64,000 bases of DNA from an uncultured Chthonomonadaceae bacterium (GCA_963835065.1 CAWIEK010000039.1:1-64000), one strand, 5' to 3'. Shown: positions 27,348 through 37,874, numbered from the stretch's first letter. Made by a program: numbers and translations. The notes: generated by a model not told the origin, from the letters alone.

Positions 27348-28416
27348 GCCGGAAACGACGGGGCGGAATTCGTTGCGGGCGCAGACGCGCCGACAGCAGA
27401 AGCAGATGCGGCGGATGCGCGGACTGCTGTTTGCGCTGATACTGGTGGTGGTGAGTATCGGGGGCGGGTGGATGTGGATGGTTTCGCCGCCTTCCGAAAG
27501 CCATACGTCTATTACCGTCATAATTCCTCGCGGCTCAAATCGGATGGCGATTGGCGGGCTGCTGGCGGAGCAGGGGCTGATCCGCAGTCCCTATGCGTTT
27601 GTGTTGAAGACGCGCCTGGCGAACGCGGAAATCAAGGCGGGGAAATATCGCCTGACGCCCGCTATGAGTCTGGAGGAAGTCGTACAAGCCCTGCGGCGCG
27701 GCCCGATGGCAAACGCGGAAGGCATCAGCGTCACCATCCCGGAAGGCTATACGCTGGCACAAATCGCGCAGGCGTTGCAGGCAAAGGGCGTCACGGACGG
27801 CGCGGAACTGCTGCGCCTCGCAACCGACAAAACATTTGTTGCCGGACTGCATGAAGCGTTTCCCCTGCCGACGCAAACGCTGGAAGGGTATTTGTTTCCC
27901 GATACCTATGTGTTCAAGCCGCACTCATCCCCTCGTGACGTTCTGGAAGAAATGCTGCGCAATTTTGGACGCCGCTTTGCCGATAGTCAGGCGCAGGAAA
28001 TCGCGGCGAGCGGGCACAGTCTGCATGAACTGGTGACAATTGCCTCCTTAATCGAGCGCGAAGCCGAAGTTCCGCAGGATCGCGCCCGCATTGCCGGGGT
28101 CATCAACAACCGATTGGGGCGTAAAATGCGCCTGCAAATTGACGCTACCGTACTTTATGCGCTCGGACACCATAAAAATCGCGTTTTGTACAAGGATTTA
28201 AACGTCAAGTCGCCGTATAATACATACCGTCACGCCGGCCTGCCACCCGGCCCGATTGCCTGCCCCGGCCTGCCCTGCCTGATGGCCGCGCTGCATCCCG
28301 AAACCAACGATTTTCTCTACTATGTCGCCCGCCCGGACGGTTCGCACCTGTTCACGCGCACCCTCCGCGAACACGAAGCCGCCAAACGGCAGGCGCGGCA
28401 GGAACGGGGGCGGTAG
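27340..28416 (+). CDS. mltG: endolytic transglycosylase MltG
   Basis: VTIPEG, LEGYLFPDTY, ASLIEREA, LQIDATV, SPYNTY..GLPPGPI. Confidence 0.95.
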
Positions 28417-28555
28417 GTGTTCAGGTATTCGGGTGTTCAGGTGTTCAGGTGTTCAGGTATTCGGACTTCATTAGCGTGTTGTCATCGTTGAATTAAGACT
28501 GATAGGCGCTCAAAGTTGCTTCCTGAACACCGAACACCTGAACACCTGAACACCT
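28415..28555. repeat. octamer-arm palindrome (RGGTRTTC)6 ... (GAACACCT)4
   Basis: Arms 28415-28465 and 28521-28555; starts inside the mltG TAG. Confidence 0.9.
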
Positions 28556-28702
28556 TCCTCGGATTTTCGGGAACAATTGAAGCGGGCGATGTTACCAACA
28601 GCATTAAGTTTTGCGCGGGGAATATCGGCGGCAATGTTCGCCGCCCCAACTTCCGCGTCAGGAATGACCCTGTAGAAACAATTGCGTAAGGATGTTCTGC
28701 CC

Positions 28703-29470
28703 ATGTCACAACAGCCAACCGACAGCAACCCGCAAACATCCCCGACGGGAGCGGAACCACACAATACAAACGCCGTTCCTGCTTCTGTTGAAACGGCGGC
28801 GGAGGGTGTGAAGACGCCGCTTACATCTAACTTGATCGAATCCAAAATCCTGCAAATGATAGACCCGAATGTCAACACGCCGGACGTCCCTGTCCTGACG
28901 CCCGCTTCCGCTGTCGGTGTTTCGCCGCAGGCCGTAAAGCGCGGCCACCCACGCCGCAAGGGGCTTCTCATCTTCTGTCCGCACCGCCTGGTGGAAACCG
29001 TGTGGCAAGTTACCGCCGATGAACTGCTGCAAATCGGCATTGCGGGCATTATTTTGGACCTGGACAACACGCTCGTCAAGTGGCAGCAGGAAGAAATGAC
29101 CGAGGAAGTGACAGGCTGGCTCGAAGCGATTCAGGAGCGCAAAATCAAGTTGTGCATCCTGTCCAACAGCATGATGAGCAAGCGCAGTGAAACCATTGCC
29201 GCCAAACTCAACAGCCCCTACGTGCGCCACGCCCGCAAGCCGAGCCGCGTCGGGTTTGAAAAAGCGATGGCCGCAATGGGTACAGTTCCCGCGAATACGG
29301 CGATTGTGGGCGATCAGATGTTCACCGACATTTGGGGCGGCAACCGGACAGGAATTTATACTATCATGGTCAAGCCCATTCATCCCCGCGAGTTCGCCTA
29401 CACGCGCTACGTCAGTCGCCCGCCCGAAAAGCTGCTGCTCAAGTATTTCAAGCGCCGGGGAAACCTGTAA
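28703..29470 (+). CDS. YqeG-family HAD IIIA phosphatase with N-terminal extension
   Basis: IILDLDNTL, ILSN, ARKP, VGDQMFTDIWGGNR. Confidence 0.9.
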   Translation: MSQQPTDSNPQTSPTGAEPHNTNAVPASVETAAEGVKTPLTSNLIESKILQMIDPNVNTPDVPVLTPASAVGVSPQAVKRGHPRRKGLLIFCPHRLVETVWQVTADELLQIGIAGIILDLDNTLVKWQQEEMTEEVTGWLEAIQERKIKLCILSNSMMSKRSETIAAKLNSPYVRHARKPSRVGFEKAMAAMGTVPANTAIVGDQMFTDIWGGNRTGIYTIMVKPIHPREFAYTRYVSRPPEKLLLKYFKRRGNL

Positions 29471-29648
29471 GGGTTGGTAAATGTAGCCGTAAGCAATGTG
29501 TGCATGTACGCGCTTGTGCCTGTGCCAGTAGTGGCTAACGTAGCGGTAAGTATGTGCGTATCGAATCTTTGTGCAAAGAAAAAGTTGATGAAGAGAGATA
29601 CAGGCGGGAAAATGGGTACAATGAGTAGGGGAACAGAAACAGGCGGTG

Positions 29649-30635
29649 ATGTCGTCTAATCCTAATAGCACCTCTTTGCCTGCGATGCCCGGCTTTTCTG
29701 CTTCGTCCGGCATCTGTGGCAGCACGAAGGTTGTGGGCGTGTTCGGGCATCCCGTTACGCACAGCCTGTCCCCGGCGATGCACAATGCCGCGTTCGCCGC
29801 GCTTGGTTTACCGTTTGTGTACGTTGCTTTTCCGGTTGCTCCCGACGCGCTTGGGCCGGCTCTGCGGAGTCTGGCCGCGCTTGGCATTGTTGGCGTGAAT
29901 CTAACTATTCCGCATAAAGAACGCGCGCTGAAATGGATGGACGCGATTACGGATGAAGCGCGTTTGGTTGGGGCCGTCAATACCGTGCATTGTGTGGATG
30001 GGCAGTTGATTGGCGACAACACGGACGGGCAGGGATTTTTCCAGCCGCTTGTGGAAGCGGGCGTCAATGTGGCGGGGCAGACGGTTGTGGTACTGGGCGC
30101 GGGCGGCGCGGCGCGGGCGGTTGCGCATCGGCTGGCGCGGGAAGGCGCAAACATTGTGCTGGCGAATCGGACGCTGGAGCGCGCCGAACGTTTGGCGGGG
30201 GAAGTTACGTCATTATCTGATGTTACCCGCAACACTCCCGCGATCCGCGTCGCAGCCTGGAACGATATGCCGGACGATAACGCGGAACTGGCGGATGCGC
30301 TGCGAACGGCGCGCGTTCTGGTAAATACGACGCGCGTGGGCATGTTCCCCGACGACCATGCCCTGCCTCCTTTACCTCTTGATGCGCTCGCGCCGACGAC
30401 ATTAGTTTATGATCTCGTGTACAATCCGATAGAAACGCGATTGCTTCAGGAAGCGCGTCAACGGGGCTGCGCCACCTTAACCGGCGTAAAAATGCTTGTT
30501 TATCAGGGCGCGGCAGCCTTTCAGCGCTGGTGTGGAGTCTGGCCGCCAACGGATGTTATGGAACAGGCCGTAAAACAGGGGCTAGGATTCAGGATTTATG
30601 GGTCAGAAAGTACAATCGTTTCTCCTGATCCCTGA
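29649..30635 (+). CDS. aroE: shikimate dehydrogenase
   Basis: HSLSPAMHN, NLTIPHK, GAVNT, GDNTDG, GAGGAAR, DLVYNP. Confidence 0.95.
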   Translation: MSSNPNSTSLPAMPGFSASSGICGSTKVVGVFGHPVTHSLSPAMHNAAFAALGLPFVYVAFPVAPDALGPALRSLAALGIVGVNLTIPHKERALKWMDAITDEARLVGAVNTVHCVDGQLIGDNTDGQGFFQPLVEAGVNVAGQTVVVLGAGGAARAVAHRLAREGANIVLANRTLERAERLAGEVTSLSDVTRNTPAIRVAAWNDMPDDNAELADALRTARVLVNTTRVGMFPDDHALPPLPLDALAPTTLVYDLVYNPIETRLLQEARQRGCATLTGVKMLVYQGAAAFQRWCGVWPPTDVMEQAVKQGLGFRIYGSESTIVSPDP

Positions 30636-30641
30636 CCCCTT
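30577..30641. repeat. decayed heptamer-arm element overlapping the aroE 3' end
   Basis: aggggct aggattc aggattt atgggtc ... cctgatc cctgacc cct. Confidence 0.5.
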
Positions 30642-30785
30642 GCATGATGTGCGACAGTAGGATATAATCGGACGCGCAGAATTCCAGCCTTGCCTGGCTG
30701 CTGCAAGGAAATAGGAAGCGCGTCCTTCTCAACACTCAACATAAACTCACCGGCCAGAATTAGGGAACAAGTAAGCGGCTTTTCC

Positions 30786-30810
30786 CTGACCACTGACCAC
30801 TGACCACTGA
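30786..30810. repeat. solo heptamer arm (CTGACCA)3.5 upstream of pilB
   Basis: Directly visible. Confidence 0.8.
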
Positions 30811-30835
30811 ACCCCTTGAAAGTGGAGATACAAGC

Positions 30836-32647
30836 ATGGTAATGGCACGCAAAAGTCTTGGCGACTATATGCTGGAAAAGCAGTACCTTACCGAGACGCA
30901 ACTTGAGGAGGCGCGCAAGGCCCAGCAAAGCACGCGCGGCGACCTGGCGAAAATCCTCGTCGAAATGGGCGTGGACGGCAAGAAAGTGTACGAGGCGAAA
31001 GCCCAGGAACTTGGCGTACCGTTTGCCGACCTGTCCAAATTCAAGCCGGAACCCGGCGCGCTCAACATCGTGCCGGAACACGTCGCCAAGCGGCACAACG
31101 TGATTCCTTTGCGCAAGCAGGAAAACGTGTTGTGGGTGGCGATGACCGACCCGAACAACATTCAGGCGTCCGATGACCTGCGCCTTGTTTCGCGCTGTAC
31201 CATCAAGCCCGTTCTGGCTCCCCCCGCCGATATTGAGGACGCCATTGGCCGCAACTACAACAGTTCGTTCAGCCCGGAAGCCGTCGCCGGGGCAACGACA
31301 ACCGGCTCGTCCGTCAAACTTGCGCCCGGCATGAACCCCAACAAAGGGGGCAGCAACGACATCATGGACACGGACACCAAATCGGCGCTTGCCGAAGTGG
31401 TGGCGATTACCGGCGCGGGCAAAAACGCGATGGACAGCGAGCGGGAAGACGAAGCGCTTGCCAAAGAGGTTGAGGAAGCGCCTATCGTCCGTCTCGCCAA
31501 CACCATTTTGCAGTCGGCGATTAAAGAGAAAGCCTCGGATATTCACATCGAGCCGGATCGCCGCAACATCCGCGTCCGCTTCCGCATTGACGGCGTTCTC
31601 CATGAAGTGATGCAGATGCCCGGCTATATCAAGTCGCCGCTTGTCGCCCGCTACAAGATTCTGTCGGAAATGAACATCGCCGAACGCCGCATCCCGCAGG
31701 ACGGACGTATCGGAACCCGCTACGACGGCAAGGAATACGACCTGCGCGTGTCGTGCCTGCCCAGCCTGCATGGCGAGAAAATCGTTATGCGTATTCTGGA
31801 CAAGAGCAGCGTTATGCTCGGCATGAACAAATTGGGCTTCACGCCCGAAATGCAGACGCAGATCGAAGAACTGGCGGCGCAGCCTAACGGTATGCTCCTG
31901 TCCACCGGGCCGACGGGATCGGGCAAAACGACAACCCAGTATTCGCTGCTCAACAAACTCAACAGTATCGAAAAGAACATCCTGACGGTGGAAGACCCCT
32001 GCGAGTACCAGTTGAGCGGCATCACGCAGGTGCAGGTGAACAAAAAAGCCGGCCTGACGTTCAGTTCCGCGCTGCGCTCGTTCCTGCGGCAAGACCCGGA
32101 CATCATCATGGTCGGCGAAATGCGCGACCTGGAAACGGCGGAAATCGCCATTGAATCGGCGCTTACGGGCCACCTTGTGCTTTCCACGCTGCACACGAAC
32201 GACGCGCCCTCGGCAACCATCCGCTTGATTGACATGGGAATCGAGCCGTTCCTTATTTCGGCAACCATCATCGGCGTTATGGCGCAGCGGCTTGGACGGC
32301 GCATCTGCTCCAACTGCAAGGAGTACTACGAGGTTCCTTCCTCCGACCTGCGCCGCTTCGGGTACAAAGTGACCGACCCGAACGAAATGGTGCAGCTTGC
32401 GCGCGGCAAGGGCTGCGAAGTGTGCCGCAACACGGGCTACAAAGGCCGCGTCGGTTTCTACGAGCTGATGACGATGAACGCGGAAATGGCGGAAATGGTC
32501 GTGCGCCGCGCCCCGCTCACCGACTTGAAGGAAGCCGCCAAAGCCAACGGCATGAAGGAACTGCGCGAAGACGGCCTGATCAAAGTCCTGCAAGGCATGA
32601 CCACGCCCGAAGAGGTTATGCGCGTCGTCTTCACCGCCGGCTTCTAG
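30836..32647 (+). CDS. pilB: type IV pilus assembly ATPase
   Basis: ASDIHIEP, GPTGSGKTT, TVEDP, LRQDPDIIMVGEMRD, TGHLVLSTLHTN, two CxxC. Confidence 0.95.
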   Translation: MVMARKSLGDYMLEKQYLTETQLEEARKAQQSTRGDLAKILVEMGVDGKKVYEAKAQELGVPFADLSKFKPEPGALNIVPEHVAKRHNVIPLRKQENVLWVAMTDPNNIQASDDLRLVSRCTIKPVLAPPADIEDAIGRNYNSSFSPEAVAGATTTGSSVKLAPGMNPNKGGSNDIMDTDTKSALAEVVAITGAGKNAMDSEREDEALAKEVEEAPIVRLANTILQSAIKEKASDIHIEPDRRNIRVRFRIDGVLHEVMQMPGYIKSPLVARYKILSEMNIAERRIPQDGRIGTRYDGKEYDLRVSCLPSLHGEKIVMRILDKSSVMLGMNKLGFTPEMQTQIEELAAQPNGMLLSTGPTGSGKTTTQYSLLNKLNSIEKNILTVEDPCEYQLSGITQVQVNKKAGLTFSSALRSFLRQDPDIIMVGEMRDLETAEIAIESALTGHLVLSTLHTNDAPSATIRLIDMGIEPFLISATIIGVMAQRLGRRICSNCKEYYEVPSSDLRRFGYKVTDPNEMVQLARGKGCEVCRNTGYKGRVGFYELMTMNAEMAEMVVRRAPLTDLKEAAKANGMKELREDGLIKVLQGMTTPEEVMRVVFTAGF

Positions 32648-32720
32648 CCCTCACCCCAACCCCTCTCCCTTAAAATCGTATTTGAAAGCGAAACAGAAAT
32701 ACAAAACATAGGGGAGGGGA
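32648..32720. repeat. REP-like element, second copy
   Basis: ccctcaccccaacccctctccct ... aggggagggga directly after the pilB stop. Confidence 0.7.
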
Positions 32721-32774
32721 ACACCGTTTGTAACATACTTGGTAAGGTTTGTCGCCGAAAGCGCAGGGACAGAC

Positions 32775-34100
32775 ATGGCGGAACAAAAGCCCTTCCTGAA
32801 AGATATGCTGGATGTTGATACCAAGTCAGCGCTGTGTGAAGTTGTTGCGCTTATTGGAGCGCAGGGTGAATCTGCCAATTACAGCAGCGAAGTTCAAAGT
32901 CAGGTTGAGGATGCGCCAATTACGCGCCTTGCCAGTACAATTTTGCAGTGCGCCATTAAAGAAAAAGCCTCCGATATTCACATAGAGCCGGAGAAGCAAA
33001 CTATCCGCGTTCGTTTCCGCATTGACGGCAATATGCACGAAGTGATGCAGATGCCGGGCTATATTACAGCCCCTCTCATACGCCGATACAAAATTTTAGC
33101 GGATGTAAACATCATTGAATATCGTGTGCCACAGCAAGGGCGTATAGGCGCGCGTTATGATGGGGACGAGTACAATCTGCGGTGCAACATACTTCCAACC
33201 CTGCACGGCGAAAAAATTGTGATGCGTATTTCCGCTTCATCCGGCGCGAAATTGTACATGAATCAGGTAGGTTTTACGCCCGAAATGCAGGCGGACATCG
33301 AGGAGTTGCTGTTCTGGCGACCGGGAATGGTGTTGATAGCAGGCGCGAACGGGCAGGGCAAAACTACCACGCAGTATACGTTGCTCAATCGTGTGAATTC
33401 TGCGGATAAAAGCATCTTTGCGGTAGCTCCCGATTACGAATACATGCTGCCCGGAATTATGCAATCCACGTTGAACTCTCGTATTGGCTACACGGCGGAA
33501 GTGGCATTGGCCTCTATTGCCAATTTGGATGCACAGGTAGTGGCGCTAGATCGCTGCCGCACAAAGGAAGCAACGCAGTTAGCGTTAAGGATGGCAGCCG
33601 AAAATGTTTTGGTACTGCAAACATTAACGGCTCCAAACGCTTTCTCGGCATTGCAGTTTTTAATGACCAATGCGCAACCGGAGTTGATAGCAGAGGGACT
33701 GAGCGGCATTCTTGCGCAGACGCTGGTACGCCGACTTTGCTCCAACTGCAAAGAGCATTATGAAGTTACTGCCCGGGACTTGCGCCGTTTCGGGTACAAC
33801 GCGCCTGATCCGTCTGAGAAGGTACAAATTGCGCGTGGCAGGGGTTGTGAAATATGCCGCGATACGGGCTATCGCGGACGTATGGGGCTGTTTGAATTCG
33901 CAATGCTGGATGCAGACATGGCGGAAATGGTTGTACGCCGCGCCCCGCTCACGGACTTGAAGAAAGCCGCCAAAGCCAACGGCATGAAAGAATTGCGCGA
34001 AGACGGCCTGATTAAAGTACTTCAGGGATTGACCACGCCCGAAGAAGTAGAACGCGCTGTTCCTATACGTAATGTGAATGGCAGATTGCAACGGAACTGA
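32775..34100 (+). CDS. N-terminally truncated PilB paralogue with degenerate ATPase motifs
   Basis: Collinear with pilB from EDAPI to TTPEEV; Walker A GANGQGKTT; Asp box, Walker B and His box replaced. Confidence 0.85.
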   Translation: MAEQKPFLKDMLDVDTKSALCEVVALIGAQGESANYSSEVQSQVEDAPITRLASTILQCAIKEKASDIHIEPEKQTIRVRFRIDGNMHEVMQMPGYITAPLIRRYKILADVNIIEYRVPQQGRIGARYDGDEYNLRCNILPTLHGEKIVMRISASSGAKLYMNQVGFTPEMQADIEELLFWRPGMVLIAGANGQGKTTTQYTLLNRVNSADKSIFAVAPDYEYMLPGIMQSTLNSRIGYTAEVALASIANLDAQVVALDRCRTKEATQLALRMAAENVLVLQTLTAPNAFSALQFLMTNAQPELIAEGLSGILAQTLVRRLCSNCKEHYEVTARDLRRFGYNAPDPSEKVQIARGRGCEICRDTGYRGRMGLFEFAMLDADMAEMVVRRAPLTDLKKAAKANGMKELREDGLIKVLQGLTTPEEVERAVPIRNVNGRLQRN

Positions 34101-34229
34101 AATTCCTGTTGCTTTAGGGCGTTCCGCCAAATGTCCTTCGGACATAACTCTGCTTATAGCAAGACTGCCCGTAGTCCGAAGGACACTTAGCCGCAAGGCT
34201 ACTAAAGCAAAGGGAATTCATTCCGTTGC
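34088..34229. repeat. long imperfect palindrome overlapping the stop of the PilB paralogue
   Basis: Nested pairs gcaacggaa/ttccgttgc, ttgctttag/ctaaagcaa, tgtccttcggac/gtccgaaggaca. Confidence 0.8.
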
Positions 34230-34406
34230 GCGTTAGTGCAAATCGGATTGTCATACGCGCATCCCCTTGCGGCCTGAAACAGGGCAGAGGTTGGCATATT
34301 TTTGAAAATGGGCGTATACTGAACTTATCTGCACTCATAACAAAGCGCTTCGTTTGTTGGCGTTGCCCGGCCTGATCCGGGCAAAATGAATCGTCGGAGA
34401 AAACAC

Positions 34407-35794
34407 TTGGCAAACAATCCATACTCCAATCAGCCGGGACAGCCCGGTTCCGGCCAGCCTGGGCAACCCGGCCAGCCGCAGCAGCCCGCCTACGGTCAGC
34501 CGCAGGCAACGGGAACGCCCGCCGCGTACAATCCCGCCGCCGGTCAGGTTGCCACAATGCCGGGACAGACCCGGTCAGCCGGGAATGCCCGTGCCGCAGG
34601 GACAGCCGGGGATGCCCACGCCGCAGCCCATGCCCACCGCGCAGGTGGTGCAGGTGGCGTCCGCGAAACCGCAGCCGCTCGACGACGCGCACATTGACGA
34701 CCTGCTGCACCATGATGCACGACAAGGGCGCGTCCGACCTGCACCTTGCGGTTGGCATTCCGCCCATCATTCGCGTGGACGGCGCGCTTGTGCCGATTCC
34801 CTTCGAGAAAATGACGCCGCAGCACTCGCAGCGCCTGATCTACGACATTCTGACGGACGAACAGATACAGCGCTTTGAAACGCATCTGGAACTGGACTTT
34901 TCCTACCAGTTGTCGCGCATCGCCCGCTTCCGCGTGAACGTGTTCCGCGATAAAGGCAACTCGGCCAGCGCCTTCCGCCAGATTCCGCAGAAAATCCCGA
35001 CACTCAAGCAGCTTGGCCTGCCCGCCGTGCTGGAAGAACTGACGCGCCTGCCGCGCGGCCTGGTCCTTGTAACCGGCCCGACCGGTTCGGGCAAGTCCAC
35101 CACGCTGGCCGCCATGATCAACCAGATCAACAGCGAAGTCAGCAAGCACGTCATTACGATTGAAGACCCGATTGAGTACCTGCATACGCACCGCACGAGC
35201 GTTATCAATCAGCGCGAAGTGGGGCAGGACACGCTGGAATTCAAGAACGCCCTGCGCGCCGCTCTGCGCGAAGACCCGGATGTGATTCTCGTCGGCGAAA
35301 TGCGCGACCTGGAAACCATGCAGATGGCCGTATCCGCAGCGGAAACGGGCCACCTTGTGTTCGCCACGCTGCACACCAACTCCGCCGCGACTTCCGTTGA
35401 GCGCATCGTTGACTCGTTCCCGTCCGGTCAGCAGGAGCAGGTTCGCTTGCAGTTGTCCAACAACCTGCAGGCCATTCTCTGCCAGCAGCTGATTCCGCGC
35501 TCCAACCAGCCGGGCCGCGTCTGCGCCCTGGAAATCATGCGCGCTTCCCCGGCTATCCGCAACCTGATCCGCGAGGCCAAAGCGCACCAGATCACCTCGA
35601 TGATCCAGACCAGCGCCAACCTGGGGATGCAGACGATGGACCAATGCCTGCGCGACCTGTACGTGCGCGGAACCATCTCGTTTGAAGAAGCCATGAACCG
35701 CGCCATGAACCCGCCGGAACTGGAAAAGATGATCAAGACCGCCACCACGCCCACTACCGGGCCGGGTTCGGGCGGTTCCGGGACACGGTATTAG
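34407..35794 (+). CDS. pilT: type IV pilus retraction ATPase with P/Q/G-rich N-terminus (frameshifts near 34570, 34711)
   Basis: GASDLHL, GPTGSGKSTT, TIEDPIE, LREDPDVILVGEMRD, AIRNLIRE, GMQTMD; TTG start after GGAGA. Confidence 0.93.
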
Positions 35795-35814
35795 GGGGTT
35801 GAGAGTTGCCTTTG

Positions 35815-35912
35815 TCTGAACCATGATTTCACATGATTTATGATGATTACCATGATTTTAGGAGGCGCTTCCTCATGGTAATCACAACAATCATGTGAAA
35901 TCATGGTTCAGA
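35815..35912. repeat. palindrome built of CATGATT-containing units
   Basis: tctgaaccatgatttcacatgatt ... aatcatgtgaaatcatggttcaga. Confidence 0.9.
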
Positions 35913-35948
35913 AACAGCGCAGGTAAATCAATCATTCGGAAAACTGCC

Positions 35949-36410
35949 ATGCCGAATCTACCAGTACACAGTACGGACAAACGGGGTATACGCGAACCGG
36001 GACTACGCAGGCCGAAAACGTCGAAATTCTGACGTACATGTTGCAGCAGCAAGGATTTGAAGTAGAGCGTGTTGAAGCCGTCCACTGCGAAACAGCGAGC
36101 GGTAAGTACCGTTCGCGTGTCTCGTACTGAAGTGCTGGTGTTCTGGATACAATTTTCGATTATGATTGACAAGAGGTGTCGCCTGTTCGCGCCTTGGATA
36201 TTGCCGCCGAACGCGCCGATTCACTGCGGTTTGCAACGGCTGCTTAAAGACATTGCCGGACAGGTTTGCGGCGGACGTCCGCATTTCATCAAGCGCTGGC
36301 GCAGTACCCAAACGTGTTTGATGCGGCTTCCGTCGGCATTATCCATGCGGGCGAAATAGCCAACGCGCATGTCGGACGCCGTACATCGTCTGATACAATT
36401 CATGGAGCGT
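35949..36410 (+). pseudogene. degenerate 5' fragment of a pilC paralogue
   Basis: Across frames: YQYTVR..TGTTQAENVEILTYMLQQQGFEV, FWIQFSIMID, LQRLLKDI, QYPNVFD..VGIIHAGE; parallels the PilC N-terminus. Confidence 0.75.
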
Positions 36411-36476
36411 GACCGCAGGCGCGGTTAATGTTTGTGTTTGCTCATCGGGTTCGTGTAGTTTGCGGAGGAAATATCC

Positions 36477-37733
36477 ATGCCCGTTTTTCAATATACTGTC
36501 CGTGACCAGACCGGGGCCGTGCGTACCGGCACGTCGGAAGCGGAAAGTCAGGACATTCTGAAACGCCGCTTGCAGGAGCAGGGCTTTCAGGTCAACGATG
36601 TTACGCAGTCCAAAGGCAAGCAGAAGAAATCTGCCGGAGCCGGTTTCGGCCGCGTCAAGCTGGGCGACCTGTCCATCTTCTGCCGCCAGTTTTCGACCAT
36701 GATTGACGCGGGCGTGTCGCTGGTGCGCGCGCTCGACGTGCTTGCCGAGCAGACCCAAAACCCCAAGCTGAAGCGCATCCTCAAAGAGATTCAGGTTGAA
36801 GTCGAATCGGGCGGCAACCTTTCCAAAGCGATGCAGAAGTACCCCAAAGTGTTCAACAACCTGTTTATCGGGTTGATACGCGCGGGGGAAGTCGGTGGCG
36901 TCCTCGAAGAATCCTTGCAGCGTTTGTCCCACTTCCTGGAAAAGGACATGGAACTGCGCCGCAAAGTGAAGTCGGCCATGACGTATCCCGTCATCGTCCT
37001 TGTCGTCGCGCTCGCCATCGTGCTTGGGCTTTGTACCTTCATCGTTCCCAAGTTCGTGGAACTGTTCAAGGACCTGGGCGTCAAGGAACTGCCCGCCATG
37101 ACGCAGTTCCTCGTAGACTTCAGCGACTTTCTGAAAACCAAGTGGTACATCGGTATCCTGATTATCGTGATTACCTATGTGGCCGTCAAATACTTTGGAA
37201 CTACCAAAGTGGGACGGCGCGTAATTGACCGCGTGAAGCTGAAAATACCGGTCTTCGGCAAATTGGGCCATAAAATCTGTCTGGCGCGTTTTTCGCGAAC
37301 GCTGTCCACGCTGCTGGTTTCGGGCGTACCCATTTTGCAGGCGATGGAAACCGTTGCCGGCACATTGGGCAACGAAATCATTGCCGAAGCCGTTATGAAC
37401 GCCCGCGCCCGTATCCGGGAAGGCGACAAAATCAACGAGCCGCTGGAAAAAAGCAAGATGTTCCCGCCGATGGTCGTTCACATGATCAGCATCGGCGAAG
37501 AATCGGGCGCTCTGGACCAGATGCTTTCCAAAATCGCCGAGTTCTACGAGGGCGAAGTGGAATCGCAGTTGGCCTCGCTGACCGCCGCCATTGAACCCAT
37601 CATGATCGTTCTCCTGGGCATCTGCGTCGGCTTTATCGTAATCGCCATGTTCATGCCCCTCGTTCAAGTGATTCAGAACCTGACCGGCGGCGGCGACGAC
37701 GAAGCCAAGAAGGCAGGCGCGGACGATAAGTAG
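36477..37733 (+). CDS. pilC: type IV pilus platform protein (GspF/PilC)
   Basis: RQFSTMIDAGVSL, AGEVGGVL, AMTYP, ARFSRTLSTLLVSGVP, GEESGALD. Confidence 0.96.
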   Translation: MPVFQYTVRDQTGAVRTGTSEAESQDILKRRLQEQGFQVNDVTQSKGKQKKSAGAGFGRVKLGDLSIFCRQFSTMIDAGVSLVRALDVLAEQTQNPKLKRILKEIQVEVESGGNLSKAMQKYPKVFNNLFIGLIRAGEVGGVLEESLQRLSHFLEKDMELRRKVKSAMTYPVIVLVVALAIVLGLCTFIVPKFVELFKDLGVKELPAMTQFLVDFSDFLKTKWYIGILIIVITYVAVKYFGTTKVGRRVIDRVKLKIPVFGKLGHKICLARFSRTLSTLLVSGVPILQAMETVAGTLGNEIIAEAVMNARARIREGDKINEPLEKSKMFPPMVVHMISIGEESGALDQMLSKIAEFYEGEVESQLASLTAAIEPIMIVLLGICVGFIVIAMFMPLVQVIQNLTGGGDDEAKKAGADDK

Positions 37734-37740
37734 GAAAGGA

Positions 37741-37863
37741 AGGGATAAGGGATAAGGGATAAGGGATAAGATCGTTCAGGTTCTTTGTTTTCTAAACGGA
37801 CAGCAATTAAGACTTGCTTCAGAGGCGTGAACACTTATCCCTTATCCCTTATCCCTTATCCCT
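37741..37863. repeat. heptamer-arm palindrome (AGGGATA)4 ... (TATCCCT)4
   Basis: Perfect 30-bp arms 37741-37770 and 37834-37863. Confidence 0.95.
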
Positions 37864-37874
37864 ACTATGGGACC

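Noticed and set aside
29480..29560. Imperfect ~25-nt direct repeat between yqeG and aroE
   Set aside because: Only two degenerate copies and no supporting structure.
30596..37667. Long antisense ORFs (e.g. 30596..32593, 34544..35824, 36339..37667; also 28706..30343 and 56161..58482)
   Set aside because: Shadows of GC-rich sense genes with no recognisable motifs.
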